A stretch of 64,000 bases of DNA from a virus. The position numbers and the translations under genes are program-made. This document shows positions 38,006-48,361 of this stretch, piece after piece. Each line of letters starts with the position of its first letter. The first letter of the stretch is position 1. Location: the IMG/VR virus record IMGVR_UViG_3300031965_000001, positions 7,267-71,266 of that record. One strand, written 5' to 3'. The notes under the pieces were generated by a model that was not told the DNA's origin, made no database searches, and saw only the letters and a program-made list of their open reading frames with translations.

Positions 38006-38350
38006 CTATAAAATATCAAATCCGAATCCTTGTTCAGAAAGTTTCTGTAATAGCGCGTTGCTTATGTAAGCTGTGCGTTTGTCGCCTTTTTTCAGGGTGA
38101 TGATTTTTTTAGAAACCTCATCCTTTAGGCAAAGATCATCTTTTCCTTTGGTATATCGTACTTGTACGAGATTCCTTAGGACGGAAACATTTAGTTCCGT
38201 ATGAGCGTAGCCCGTTCTTGCAATACCCCTTACGGGGGAAGCAATGAATTGGTCGGACTTCTTCTCATCAAGAGACTGGGTTTCGTTTTGATTGACCTGC
38301 CTTTTAGGGACAGAATACGCCTTTTTTCGCTGATACTTCTTTCTGGACAT
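38006..38350 (-). CDS. Hypothetical protein in the tail module
   Basis: 114-aa ORF. Confidence 0.55.
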   Translation of the reverse strand: MSRKKYQRKKAYSVPKRQVNQNETQSLDEKKSDQFIASPVRGIARTGYAHTELNVSVLRNLVQVRYTKGKDDLCLKDEVSKKIITLKKGDKRTAYISNALLQKLSEQGFGFDIL

Positions 38351-38542
38351 AATATACGGATGGTTGAAGATTTACAGGAGATGGGACTTTATACCCACCT
38401 ATTTTTTTAATCGTGCTTCATTCAGATGCCCATCTGACAGAATTTTTAGTGTCTCTCATAGAGAGATTGAAGCTAGTAAAAAATTCCACTTTTTATTCTA
38501 TAACAAATATATACCTTGTCCATGAATAAGACTTGCCCCGAC

Positions 38543-38953
38543 TCAAATATACTGAGCCTCCATTATCTCTATATTTACATACATAGAGGACTCAAACCAT
38601 CCAAGAGTCTCATCGCTAGTGTCTCCAAATTGCCCTTCTATTGTAACCTCTGTGATATTTTCTCCTGTAGGCAAATTCATGGGTGAGTGCAGCCTTCTGA
38701 TAACAGCCCTTCTCAATAATGCCAGCGTAGCCATATCCTTTGCCCTGACTCTGAAAAAATATCTGTATCTTCCGTAAACACCCCCTGCCCTATTAAAAAC
38801 AATAAGGGGAACATCTGGCTCCTTCCCCTTGATAAGAGGAACACGATAATAAAAAACCCTCGTCCCAACAAGGTCTGATATATCATCATAATCTAATAGA
38901 AATGTTCTTATACTCTCGTCTATCTCTGGGAATGGATCGTAGGCTGACATCAA
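38543..38953 (-). CDS. Tail terminator-like protein
   Basis: IRTFLL...LVGTRVF...PLIVF; position. Confidence 0.65.
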   Translation of the reverse strand: MMSAYDPFPEIDESIRTFLLDYDDISDLVGTRVFYYRVPLIKGKEPDVPLIVFNRAGGVYGRYRYFFRVRAKDMATLALLRRAVIRRLHSPMNLPTGENITEVTIEGQFGDTSDETLGWFESSMYVNIEIMEAQYI

Positions 38954-39339
38954 GAATTTTGGGTAACTGATTTGGCAAATACTGCACCTGCTAATGCCTT
39001 TATTTTTGGCTCTGACTTATCGAGAGAAATTGCTAAAATATGATACCTTCTTTCGAGAATGGGAGCATAGTGCTCGTTCGTATCTGGATCAGTTGCAGAA
39101 CTCCCTACATCAAGCCATTTATTACTTGGTCCGAATTCAAAAATACCAAATTCAGATAATGGGTTCCCGATTGAAAGCATATATCTTGCTGTCACAATAT
39201 GGTCTTCATCAATAGTGTGTTGTTTAGCCTCGTTCGCAAACACCTGACCAGCCTTTTTTAGAACTTCCTTTATGCCACCCCTTACGGCTGGTTTGAAGCG
39301 TGGATTCATTTGGAAGATACCAACTGTCTTAAAAATCAT
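38950..39339 (-). CDS. Neck protein (HK97 gp10-like)
   Basis: Position; TARYMLSIG, YAPILE. Confidence 0.55.
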   Translation of the reverse strand: MIFKTVGIFQMNPRFKPAVRGGIKEVLKKAGQVFANEAKQHTIDEDHIVTARYMLSIGNPLSEFGIFEFGPSNKWLDVGSSATDPDTNEHYAPILERRYHILAISLDKSEPKIKALAGAVFAKSVTQNS

Positions 39340-39767
39340 ACTGAGATGTTGGGATTTCTAAAGGTGCAAGATGCCTCTATATGATGTATGCCCCTGTCTG
39401 CTGGGATTTTCACAACATTATTAACAATCATTGGGTTCGCCCCCCCATCATCCTCGAAAACAATCTCCCCATTATTCGTTTGAATTTTCATTATCTGATC
39501 CGATTGCCGTATATTTGCGCTGGGCAAAAGCATTAAAAAGAAATCGTAATCGACAATATACTCTTTGTTTTTCACCCTCTTTGTCTCTTTTTGAAATACA
39601 CCAGATTCAACATGGCATTTCTCTATGGTATCTTCTGTGACCTGATCATATTGCCCAAAACCGTCCTGAGTCCCAGAATCAGTAATATGTCTCACCGTCA
39701 CAGTATGGCGCAACTCGTTCGCTGGGATAACATGAAGACCTTCCATGAGGGTAGTATAGCTTGACAC
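39336..39767 (-). CDS. Head closure/stopper protein
   Basis: HTVTVR...QDGFGQ, HHIEA; position. Confidence 0.7.
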   Translation of the reverse strand: MSSYTTLMEGLHVIPANELRHTVTVRHITDSGTQDGFGQYDQVTEDTIEKCHVESGVFQKETKRVKNKEYIVDYDFFLMLLPSANIRQSDQIMKIQTNNGEIVFEDDGGANPMIVNNVVKIPADRGIHHIEASCTFRNPNISV

Positions 39768-39794
39768 GAAAATAAATGTAGTTTTTTGTTTTGC

Positions 39795-40106
39795 TCAAAG
39801 ATTATGAACCATCCCCTTTACATTACGCCAACAATCTGAGAAAAGCCTAAATCTTCCCTTATTGTTATGGAACTCTCTTACAGATGATTGGAGTGCCTTT
39901 TTATCTTCTTGTGTTTTTGACATAAATACAAAAGATGCCCTATTGTTTCCCTCCTCTCTCGCAACACTGTGAACGGAGTACCCTTCCATCGTGAGGTATG
40001 CAGCCACCGTTAAATCTGCCGTTATATAGGGATATGACGACGTTTCTTCAAGTAAAATTGAAGGAATTTCGTTTGTCAGCGCCTCTTCTTTCTTTTTGGC
40101 ACTCAT
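39795..40106 (-). CDS. DUF5659-like small protein
   Basis: TADLTVAAYL...Y.V...ASFVF pattern. Confidence 0.55.
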   Translation of the reverse strand: MSAKKKEEALTNEIPSILLEETSSYPYITADLTVAAYLTMEGYSVHSVAREEGNNRASFVFMSKTQEDKKALQSSVREFHNNKGRFRLFSDCWRNVKGMVHNL

Positions 40107-41314
40107 AGGAAGCTAATCGAAAAATTCTCCATATAGGTCTTAAAAACATCTCTATTATTTTTTATCATCGCTGCATCGAATGATACACCTATGGTCTCAA
40201 GCGCCTTAGAGCTTATTCTCTGTCCAGAACCCTCAGCAGCCGTCTCAAACCACTGCTTTGTATATTTACCTGTCGTTATTGTCCTTACAAATGCGTCTGA
40301 TGTCCTCTCCCCAGAAACAAAGTCGCTCGTATGATGGACATATCTCTTAATCATGTCTTCATTTCTTAGGTGCATTGCAATGACATTCAGAAGGAGTTTC
40401 CGTATGTCCGCTGGGACCGCACTCGATTCAAAATATCCCACTTTCAGGAGAAGGTGCAACCTGTCATTATCATCATCATTCCACGACATCGACAAATCAA
40501 GCCCTGGTAAATGGACAACTCCCTGTGAAAATACCTCATACGGCTTTTCTATTTCTATCGACGCCCCAGTAATGGGATTAACGATGTGCGCCTCCAACAC
40601 CTCAACGACTGGTCTTGCGTCTTTTATCTTCATTCTTACCTTATTGAATGAGCTTACCTTGTCCATGGGAATAACAACCTTTTTATAGTGATGCCATAGC
40701 CTTTCATTCTGGAATCTCCCTATCGTATGGTCTAATAAATCACTATAGGCATCACACAACATAATCACATTGGGGTCACACTCATCAATACCGTCAGGAT
40801 ATTTCATATATTCAACAACCTCTTCTGGCGTGACATACGGCTCTTTTGTTTTTACATATTCTATCTTTTCCATCGAATAATCCGATGTCACATCAGTAAC
40901 GGAATTGGAATACCTGTACCTGTATCTATCTGTCTTCTCTGGATTGGGATCAACAAAAATTGTGTATGGACCATCGACATCCATTACCTTTTTTTCTAAC
41001 AATTGGAATTCTCCGTTTCTTCTCTGCTTATATAATTCAATAATATCGTATGGCGATGGATAAACAAGAAAACCATCTCTATGTTGATATGTTAGTGTGC
41101 TGATCGTTAAAACAGGAGAATCAATACTGATAACTTGTACGATCTCATTGTTATCTTTGTCATTATCATATCCGAATACGGCAAAATTATTAGCCAGAAA
41201 GCCAGTAGAAGACGCAAGCTCTGCGCTAGATTCTGTTGCCAGTACCACCTCTTCAAGCAGTTGTCCTGTTTGCAGTTTCCTGAAGTCGTAGTTGGGGGCG
41301 CGGATGGCTTGCAC
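40103..41314 (-). CDS. Head-tail adaptor with N-terminal beta extension
   Basis: PYVTPEEV, VGY...VPADIRKLLL; position. Confidence 0.65.
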   Translation of the reverse strand: MQAIRAPNYDFRKLQTGQLLEEVVLATESSAELASSTGFLANNFAVFGYDNDKDNNEIVQVISIDSPVLTISTLTYQHRDGFLVYPSPYDIIELYKQRRNGEFQLLEKKVMDVDGPYTIFVDPNPEKTDRYRYRYSNSVTDVTSDYSMEKIEYVKTKEPYVTPEEVVEYMKYPDGIDECDPNVIMLCDAYSDLLDHTIGRFQNERLWHHYKKVVIPMDKVSSFNKVRMKIKDARPVVEVLEAHIVNPITGASIEIEKPYEVFSQGVVHLPGLDLSMSWNDDDNDRLHLLLKVGYFESSAVPADIRKLLLNVIAMHLRNEDMIKRYVHHTSDFVSGERTSDAFVRTITTGKYTKQWFETAAEGSGQRISSKALETIGVSFDAAMIKNNRDVFKTYMENFSISFL

Positions 41315-41331
41315 AAAAAATAAAGAAAATA

Positions 41332-42051
41332 TTAATCCTCAGTTACAGCTCCACCCTCATAAGCGCACTCTCCGAACATATTTCTTTTCCCCCTGAAATA
41401 TTTTAATTCGACATCGAGTGATCTGTATGGGGTTTCTTTCCTCAGCCTTATGCCTGGAATGTTCGTATATGGTGATGTGAAGGAGCTGAGTTTCGTTCCT
41501 TTTAGAAGAAAAAAACAAATATCAGTTATCTTTGCGCCGTGTTTTCTGGCTGCCTCCTTGTGGTACTCTGCGATTCCTGCGTCTGCGGCTGCAACCAACC
41601 TTGCATTCTTAATATCATTAGTTCTCCTCTCCTGCTCTCTAAGAATTCTTCCCTCTAGCGTCTCGCCAAATTGATCATCACCAGAAGCGAAGTCTGATGA
41701 TATAATCTTATTAATCGAGGCTGATTCTCCATCGTGGGGTTGGACCTCTTTCGATTCGATATCGAGCTTCCTTTTTACTGGTTTATTCTTTTCTGCACTT
41801 CTGTCGGGAAGTCTAGGCTGTGATTCACCAGAATCATCATCATCTTCTTCTTCATCTAACACACTATCGGCAGCTGCTTTTGCCCTAGAATCTAGTGAGT
41901 CACCATCGTCTCCAAGTGCATCTTGCACTTCCATAGCCTTTTCTCTAATCATAGGCAGAGACGCTTTCGGGTCCATTGTATTCCCTGTTTCTTGCAGATA
42001 TGACAAAAGAGTGTCTTTGTCTGCTGTAGATAAATCTTTTTCTTTAGACAT
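41332..42051 (-). CDS. Hypothetical protein after the capsid gene (N-terminal HeH-like motif, acidic linker)
   Basis: 239-aa ORF. Confidence 0.55.
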   Translation of the reverse strand: MSKEKDLSTADKDTLLSYLQETGNTMDPKASLPMIREKAMEVQDALGDDGDSLDSRAKAAADSVLDEEEDDDDSGESQPRLPDRSAEKNKPVKRKLDIESKEVQPHDGESASINKIISSDFASGDDQFGETLEGRILREQERRTNDIKNARLVAAADAGIAEYHKEAARKHGAKITDICFFLLKGTKLSSFTSPYTNIPGIRLRKETPYRSLDVELKYFRGKRNMFGECAYEGGAVTED

Positions 42052-42135
42052 ATAGTTAATTGGGAAAAATTAATTGAAAAGTGTCTATATTTTACACAGA
42101 ATATTTAAAATAACAATTGACATGTAACAAAGAAA

Positions 42136-42157
42136 AACCCCACTTTTAGGTGGGGTT
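42136..42157 (-). terminator. Rho-independent terminator after the capsid gene
   Basis: AACCCCAC-TTTTAG-GTGGGGTT plus T-run. Confidence 0.75.
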
Positions 42158-42179
42158 AAACTTCTACTTTTTGCCTCTA

Positions 42180-43085
42180 TTAAGCAGTCAAACTGTCGTT
42201 CCAGACCGTTGCGTCTGAATTATCGAGGCCGAAACCGATTCTCGTAGTAATAGTCCACTCAGTAGAACGCTTCCTAGGCTTGCGCTCACTCTCCCGAGTA
42301 ATGTCACGGTGGACACCAACAACGAAGTTGTTCATAGGAGTAAGAATCGCAAGGTTATCAGAGAGGCGTGGGATACCGATTACTGGGCGACCGAACAGAC
42401 GAGGAAACGAATCTGATGCCAACTGAGTATCTCCCAGCTGTGTCTCTCTCTGAGAGATCGTGTTCCGATAGTTCTGAAGGCTGTTCTCACTTACCGCAAA
42501 CGCAAGATTCTTATTGCGCCACTTTGTCGGCATAGCCTTAATCATTGTGTGGGCAACAGAAGTGCCAAACACGCCAGAAACAGTAACATAATGGCTGCCT
42601 GGACTCTGTGTTTGGAGCAATCGAAGGAATCCTTCCTGCTTGTTTAAGTCTGCATCAGCAGACGTTGTGTCTGAGAAAAGTGCGAAATCCTCAAGGTCAT
42701 TACCAGCTTGAGCTGCGATCATCTCTGCAATCGTTCGGTTCGTACCATCCTTTGCGATGGTGTCTTCTGCGATACGATCAGACTCATTCCAGATGATGAT
42801 ATATTCCTGTGTGGAGAGAGTCAGTTTATCAGAGGTGATTTGAACCAATTTGTCATTACCAGGTTCAACACTCTCATTAGCGTGGTGCATGACTCGCTCA
42901 CCAAGGTGGAGCCTGTCAATTTCCTCAACTGGTGCGCTCATCGTAACGACACGACCAAAGTTTCTAACGAATGCTGATTCATCTACAACGTGATGAACGA
43001 ATTCGTCTCTTTGCTGAGGATTGAGCAGCCCACCCCCTTGGAAGTCTTGGGTTCCGATTTTCTTCAGGGCTTTCTTATTATCCAT
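42180..43085 (-). CDS. Major capsid protein, HK97 fold
   Basis: GGLLNPQQ, IAAQAGNDLEDFALFSD, LFGRPVI, TITTRIGF. Confidence 0.9.
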   Translation of the reverse strand: MDNKKALKKIGTQDFQGGGLLNPQQRDEFVHHVVDESAFVRNFGRVVTMSAPVEEIDRLHLGERVMHHANESVEPGNDKLVQITSDKLTLSTQEYIIIWNESDRIAEDTIAKDGTNRTIAEMIAAQAGNDLEDFALFSDTTSADADLNKQEGFLRLLQTQSPGSHYVTVSGVFGTSVAHTMIKAMPTKWRNKNLAFAVSENSLQNYRNTISQRETQLGDTQLASDSFPRLFGRPVIGIPRLSDNLAILTPMNNFVVGVHRDITRESERKPRKRSTEWTITTRIGFGLDNSDATVWNDSLTA

Positions 43086-43118
43086 ATTCCAAGATAGAAA
43101 AAATAAATAAAATAGATA

Positions 43119-44507
43119 CTAGGCAATCCTCTTGCCCCACGGATCAGACTTGAATGAAGTTTTCTTGCCAGAACTACACGTTCCACCGCAATCATCTTCA
43201 TCAATTTCCTGATCGTCTCTCTGAACAGATCCGCCCGCTTTCTTTGCGAACTGTTCAATGGTTTGGGCAACAGCCTTATTAGATTTCTTGATCTCAGCAA
43301 CAGTATCCTTGTTGCTCTTTTCGATGGAACCAGCAAGTGACTTGATGGCATCGACAATCGCATTCGTTTGCGCCGACGCCTCCTTGGTCTCTTCCGTTTC
43401 ATCTTCGTCCTCTTTCTCCTCATCCTCTTTTTCATCTTCCTCTGTAGACTCAGTTTCCTCAGTCTCCTTCTCATCTTCTGTGGTTTCCTCATCTTCAGAC
43501 GATACCTCAGTCTCATCAGAATCTTCCGTTTCCACGGTTTCATCCTCTGATCCCTCAACGGCACCCTCTTCAGACTCTTCTACTCCATCAGCCTTAACGA
43601 GAATCGCTAGATGTTGAACAACATCTGCAACCAATTCCTTGGCTGCCTCTACGATTTCTCCTCGACTGAGAGTGTGAAGCTCAGACATGCTTTCGTCAGT
43701 GATGCCAGCAGCCTTGAGAGCCGACTGAATTGCACTGTCTGCCGTTTTTTGCATCTGAGCCAAATTTACTTTACTCATAGTTAGAGGGGCTAAAATTGAT
43801 AATGGGTTACGCTTCTTGAGCGTTTTCATTGAAGATGGGCAATTCACAGTATCTAACACCTTACCTATTCTTGTCAAATCAGGTTGTAAAATTACACTTG
43901 GCACGAAGTTTTCTTCCGAGTCTACCTGACCATCCTTACTGTCAAATTTACACAGTTTTGCCGCTTTATAGCTTGATATAAGGGCATCTGGATTCGCTGG
44001 TCTATCGACCAAGGAAATTTCAATGAGTTTAATTTTTATAATTTCGATACCCCCTGTAAATACTTCGTGCATATTCCCATCTTTATCTGCGACCTCGACC
44101 GTGATTGGTTCCCACTCCTCAATAACTCCGCCGATACTGAACCCCTTATACACTTCTTCTTTTACCTTCTCCCATTCCTGATTATCTACAACCTTGGCTG
44201 TAATATAGAAAATCTTCTCAGTTTCATCTACTTTGTGGTCTACTATTTTTCCAGCAGCAATGTTCGAGTGCATCGAGCGAAGGTTGGCGAATTTCATATA
44301 GTCGGGTAGCGCATCTTTTATCGCTGTCACTCGTACAATATCTCCATAGGAATCTACGGACTCAGAGGACGCTATCCCCTCCACTGTTTTATCCTCTTCA
44401 TTAATACGAATAAACGGAGAGTAGTATGCCATTTTCTTGGAACGATCTTCCACTTTATCATTCTTTTTTAACGCTTTCTTCGCCATCATTTTCTTGAATT
44501 TTGACAC
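43119..44507 (-). CDS. HK97-type prohead protease fused to an acidic scaffold-like region
   Basis: VEGIAS...DSYGD, LRSMH, YKGFSIGG, EISLVDRPANPDA; Glu-rich tail. Confidence 0.9.
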   Translation of the reverse strand: MSKFKKMMAKKALKKNDKVEDRSKKMAYYSPFIRINEEDKTVEGIASSESVDSYGDIVRVTAIKDALPDYMKFANLRSMHSNIAAGKIVDHKVDETEKIFYITAKVVDNQEWEKVKEEVYKGFSIGGVIEEWEPITVEVADKDGNMHEVFTGGIEIIKIKLIEISLVDRPANPDALISSYKAAKLCKFDSKDGQVDSEENFVPSVILQPDLTRIGKVLDTVNCPSSMKTLKKRNPLSILAPLTMSKVNLAQMQKTADSAIQSALKAAGITDESMSELHTLSRGEIVEAAKELVADVVQHLAILVKADGVEESEEGAVEGSEDETVETEDSDETEVSSEDEETTEDEKETEETESTEEDEKEDEEKEDEDETEETKEASAQTNAIVDAIKSLAGSIEKSNKDTVAEIKKSNKAVAQTIEQFAKKAGGSVQRDDQEIDEDDCGGTCSSGKKTSFKSDPWGKRIA

Positions 44508-44531
44508 AGTAATTATGGGTAACAGATAAAA

Positions 44532-44831
44532 TTATTTAACAGAAAAATTAGAATCGACCCACTTCTGGGCTTCTTCTATTGAAAAGTTTTTCTTAGGGAA
44601 TCTGAAGGCAGAAACTGCGCACTGCATTTTCTTGCCCTTGATGATACCGACTATCGCACTCACCCCGATCTCCTTATTAACACCTATGTTTGTCAGTGAC
44701 CCATCTACAAAATCAGATGTTTTCCTAAATGTTATTCTAATAAATTCTGGTTCATCTTTGCTCTTGCTAAAATGAGAACTGGAAATTTTTGATAAATTTG
44801 GGTAGCGATTCTCTTGAGAATTTTTAGTCAT
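44532..44831 (-). CDS. Small head-module protein of unknown function
   Basis: GVSAIVG...AFRFPKKNFSIEEAQKWV. Confidence 0.55.
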   Translation of the reverse strand: MTKNSQENRYPNLSKISSSHFSKSKDEPEFIRITFRKTSDFVDGSLTNIGVNKEIGVSAIVGIIKGKKMQCAVSAFRFPKKNFSIEEAQKWVDSNFSVK

Positions 44832-44882
44832 TAACAGTATTAAAACATAATACTGTCAAAAGTGGTATATTTTTCCCTTGCC

Positions 44883-45383
44883 TTACTTTTTCTCTGGGAG
44901 GCGAAAGTTTTCTTCCTTTAGCCAGTGGGCTATTAAAAGGCTCTCTGCCCTGTTGTGATGTTTCTTTAAATATATATCTGCATCTGGATATAATTCTAGT
45001 GCCATTTTTATCGAGTCTGATTTATCACTTTTTAGCCCAAAATACTTCTTCCATTTTTGTGGCGTGACTATCGTGTAATACATATCGCTGTACTCAAGTG
45101 ATCCTATTAAAATCCCATATCCATATCCAAGACTAAACACAGAGGAGACCCCCTGCTTGGGCATAGAGTGCTGTGATTCTATCGCGCAACATACGGTATC
45201 GCCGGACAAAAGGCTCATCAGGGAGGCCATCTCCCTTTCATCATATTTTTTCCTATATGTCTTTCCTACTTTTACTTTTGTCACTGGCATATCGTAAATT
45301 TCTACTTTTTTCCCGTTATTTGATATGACAGACAGCGCCCCAGTAAGACCCACATCTATCCCAATAAAAGATTTGTAGCCCAC
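44883..45383 (-). CDS. RuvC-like Holliday junction resolvase
   Basis: IGIDVG, IESQ, SVFSLGYGYG, PQKWKK, NRAESLLIA. Confidence 0.85.
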   Translation of the reverse strand: MGYKSFIGIDVGLTGALSVISNNGKKVEIYDMPVTKVKVGKTYRKKYDEREMASLMSLLSGDTVCCAIESQHSMPKQGVSSVFSLGYGYGILIGSLEYSDMYYTIVTPQKWKKYFGLKSDKSDSIKMALELYPDADIYLKKHHNRAESLLIAHWLKEENFRLPEKK

Positions 45384-45419
45384 AGAGTGTAGGGTACATC
45401 ATGGCATAAAAAACACAAC

Positions 45420-45620
45420 CTATTTCGGGATGGCTCCCGAAAGATAGTTCCACTCTGTGATCTCCAGCCCCCTTTTTCTCCTCCATCTCCGGTATTTTTT
45501 CTTCCTTGCAACCAATTCCCTAGAAACTGGTTTCGATTGTTTGTGGGTTACCCTATCCATCGCTCGTCTTCTGGCTCGATTGATAACTGGTTTTTCGCCA
45601 ATGTTTTTTTGTTTATCCAT
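45420..45620 (-). CDS. Small basic hypothetical protein, leaderless
   Basis: TTGACT-16-TAGTAT-7-ATG. Confidence 0.55.
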   Translation of the reverse strand: MDKQKNIGEKPVINRARRRAMDRVTHKQSKPVSRELVARKKKYRRWRRKRGLEITEWNYLSGAIPK

Positions 45621-45665
45621 TGAAAGAATACTAGCGTACTTTGATGCAAAGTCAAATGTTTTTCT

Positions 45666-46034
45666 TTAGCTGTCCAGTGATAACTCTATTTGCCTCTTTA
45701 TTACCTTATTCTCTTTAATCATTCTGCCTATATAATCTTGCGCTGATTTAGGAAATAGTGGATGGTAATAATTATGTTGGAATTCACTGTGCGGAAGTGT
45801 TATATCCGCAATGGCTATTTTTATATGGTCATCTTCAAAATATGAAGGATCAAATTCTGTGATATTGTTCATCGTCCTCCTCTTCTCTTTGACATGTGTT
45901 TTTTTTACAATCCCTATCTTGAATACTATAAAATCGGTGTCGCTTGCGTCCCAACAAATTCTTCCAAAATACTTACTGTGTTTCAGTGGGACCGAGCTAA
46001 CTGGATGATATAGTGCACTATCCATACCCTTCAA
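45666..46034 (-). CDS. Hypothetical protein
   Basis: ORF in operon. Confidence 0.5.
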   Translation of the reverse strand: MKGMDSALYHPVSSVPLKHSKYFGRICWDASDTDFIVFKIGIVKKTHVKEKRRTMNNITEFDPSYFEDDHIKIAIADITLPHSEFQHNYYHPLFPKSAQDYIGRMIKENKVIKRQIELSLDS

Positions 46035-46107
46035 ATTCTACACAAATTTTCAAATTAATAAAATATTTACGATTGACTCGATGGTACAAAAATTGTGTAC
46101 ATAAAAA

Positions 46108-46551
46108 TCAGCCTCCAAATGGGTTCCCAGCTTGCGGTTGAACCTGTTGCTGTGGCTGCTGAACATTCCACGGAGGGGAAACAGCCTGTTGCTGTTGCTG
46201 GGGGGCTGGTTGACCGTGCTGCTGTGGTACTGGGGCTGGTTGTGCCTGCTGTTGAGGTGCATACGCAGCTGGTTGTGTATGCGGCGTATAGGATGGTTGC
46301 TGAGGCTGCTGGTCTCTAGGTTTCGACAAAAGGATTGTGTACTTAGGAACCTTTTCATTTTCTGCAGATTTCTCATTATAGAATGCGACAAGGGGAAGAG
46401 GCTGACCAGAACCGAGACACCGATCAATTTCTGCCTTCGCCATAGGGCTATGAGATACATCGAGGCTAATAGAAAGGAATGTGCTGCCCTTGGAGCTAAT
46501 TTTTTCCCAGATAGCACCGACCTGTTTTTCTGGCTTCTGATATGCTGACAT
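46108..46551 (-). CDS. DUF736-like OB-fold protein, putative SSB
   Basis: VGAIWEK.S.KG..FLSISL...PKYTIL; Q/P-rich tail ending NPF. Confidence 0.6.
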   Translation of the reverse strand: MSAYQKPEKQVGAIWEKISSKGSTFLSISLDVSHSPMAKAEIDRCLGSGQPLPLVAFYNEKSAENEKVPKYTILLSKPRDQQPQQPSYTPHTQPAAYAPQQQAQPAPVPQQHGQPAPQQQQQAVSPPWNVQQPQQQVQPQAGNPFGG

Positions 46552-46552
46552 G

Positions 46553-46933
46553 TTAATTGGGGGAATTTGGAGATAAAAGTGATTCTAATTCCTCTTCTAA
46601 TCCTTGCGCCTCTGGATGTTCCTCCTTTAATTGTTCTACAATAAATTTTCTTACATTCTCCTCCCTGAATCCCAGTTTCTTAAACAGAAACATCAACATG
46701 TGGATAATTACTTCTGATGATTCTGACTGATTCCTCTCCGACTTCCTGAATGCCATGACCGTTTTTGCCTTTTTTCCTGAAAACATACCACGAAGAAAAA
46801 CTATTGCGGATAGATCAGTGAAGCCATCTTCCATAAATACACCATCTACCTTATTGAGAACGTCATTCATAGACGAATCTAGTTCTTGCTCTGTCCGATT
46901 TTCTGTCTCATTATTTGACTCGTCTGAGGACAT
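46553..46933 (-). CDS. Hypothetical protein
   Basis: Start placed at ATG 46933. Confidence 0.5.
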   Translation of the reverse strand: MSSDESNNETENRTEQELDSSMNDVLNKVDGVFMEDGFTDLSAIVFLRGMFSGKKAKTVMAFRKSERNQSESSEVIIHMLMFLFKKLGFREENVRKFIVEQLKEEHPEAQGLEEELESLLSPNSPN

Positions 46934-47372
46934 TCTTGAAGAGGGAAACTTGATAATCAATATTTTCTGGACATGGCTCTGAATCAATACTATCACTGAT
47001 GGCCTTCCATGTCACATTACTCGCTGTGTCATCAACCCAATGGAATCCGCCAATGTTCTTAAACAATTTATGTGGAATAAGAATTTCTTTTTTGACATGC
47101 GACGCTCTCCTCATGTTCACCTCCTCGGTGAAATAAATCTTCCACTTCTCATAAAACGACAGAGTTCTCTGCTCTTTATCAAAGATGACAAAGACCATAT
47201 CATCTCCCATCGTCTCAATGTCTGTTATGTCATATACGACACAGTGATCCTCCCTAGAGTTTTTATCTAGTGAAAATATATTATCAATAGTAGTAAAGTA
47301 CATTTTACCATCTGCACCATCCCGCAGTATCTTCGTTCTGCCGTTCTTGGATTTGAAATAATTTTCTCGCAT
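46911..47372 (-). CDS. Hypothetical protein
   Basis: 153-aa ORF with upstream TTCCCTCAATT motif. Confidence 0.55.
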   Translation of the reverse strand: MRENYFKSKNGRTKILRDGADGKMYFTTIDNIFSLDKNSREDHCVVYDITDIETMGDDMVFVIFDKEQRTLSFYEKWKIYFTEEVNMRRASHVKKEILIPHKLFKNIGGFHWVDDTASNVTWKAISDSIDSEPCPENIDYQVSLFKNVLRRVK

Positions 47373-47374
47373 AG

Positions 47375-47866
47375 TTAATTGAGGGAATTTCGTTCCTGCT
47401 CGTCAATGATAGCGTAGACAACTGTGTTGGGCAACTCTCTTACGATTTTTGTAACAAAATCATCTGCATTCAGTGAAATGGTCAATGTTTTTGATGTATC
47501 AGAATTTCGTAGGTTGATGCGAACAGATTTATCTTGCTCCAAAAATGAGAATTTCACAGAATCAAACTCCTGCTTCTCTTGTGACTCGATCATTTCCTTT
47601 CTTATCTCCTTTGTCTTTTCTGTAATAGATTCAAAATCTTCCATTAGTCCGACAATCTGAATATCCCTAGTGGCTATATCACAACTGAAGCCATCTAATG
47701 TTTTAACTTTTATACTGTATGGCGGTAAATCTCCATTAATGCAAACTGATCCGTCTGGATAGAAACAGTTCAAATTTGATTCTAACGCCATGAACCTGAA
47801 AGCCCCCAAATCGGTTCTTATATAGTATTCCTTGCCTTCTTCAAAATTGAAAACACTAAAATACAT
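47375..47866 (-). CDS. Hypothetical protein
   Basis: Start placed at ATG 47866. Confidence 0.5.
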   Translation of the reverse strand: MYFSVFNFEEGKEYYIRTDLGAFRFMALESNLNCFYPDGSVCINGDLPPYSIKVKTLDGFSCDIATRDIQIVGLMEDFESITEKTKEIRKEMIESQEKQEFDSVKFSFLEQDKSVRINLRNSDTSKTLTISLNADDFVTKIVRELPNTVVYAIIDEQERNSLN

Positions 47867-48338
47867 CTCCCTTTTTGATAACAAGGTAAATATTTGGCGA
47901 TACTTCCACCCCACATTCTTCTGGCTCTGGGAGAACCCTATCGTTCTTTAACTCCATGACGTAGGAGTTGAGAGCCTTTTTATCGAATACCTCTTTTTTC
48001 TGTACGATGCTATCGTACATATTATTATCCCTGAGCCATTTCTTGACTATCTCTTCGTCATTTATATTCACACCTTCTCTTTCTGCTGTGTGAATTTTAT
48101 ACTCACCAGATTGCACATTCTTCTCATCCTCATCTTTCATCCGTTGTAAAAGCATCTCCTTAGCCGAATATATTTTTCCTTCCAGTTCTTCCTCATCTCT
48201 TTTCATTGATTGATATTCCTTATATTCCTTTGTTTTTTCAAATTTTTCAACGGCATCAATCGTCGATTGCTTTGCGCCTTCTAATTTTGAAGATGCCTCT
48301 GCAATCTCATCTGCCAACGATTGAATTGTTTTATGCAC
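47856..48338 (-). CDS. Coiled-coil protein, Gp157/Gam-like
   Basis: N-terminal coil, then V.I.DEE.V..WL...K...DKKAL. Confidence 0.5.
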   Translation of the reverse strand: MHKTIQSLADEIAEASSKLEGAKQSTIDAVEKFEKTKEYKEYQSMKRDEEELEGKIYSAKEMLLQRMKDEDEKNVQSGEYKIHTAEREGVNINDEEIVKKWLRDNNMYDSIVQKKEVFDKKALNSYVMELKNDRVLPEPEECGVEVSPNIYLVIKKGDVF

Positions 48339-48361
48339 AAAAGAATACTAGCGTGTTTTCT

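Noticed and set aside
43064-43617. Lys/Arg/Met-rich and Ser-rich ORFs
   Set aside because: Alternative-frame and antisense shadows of the acidic scaffold region.
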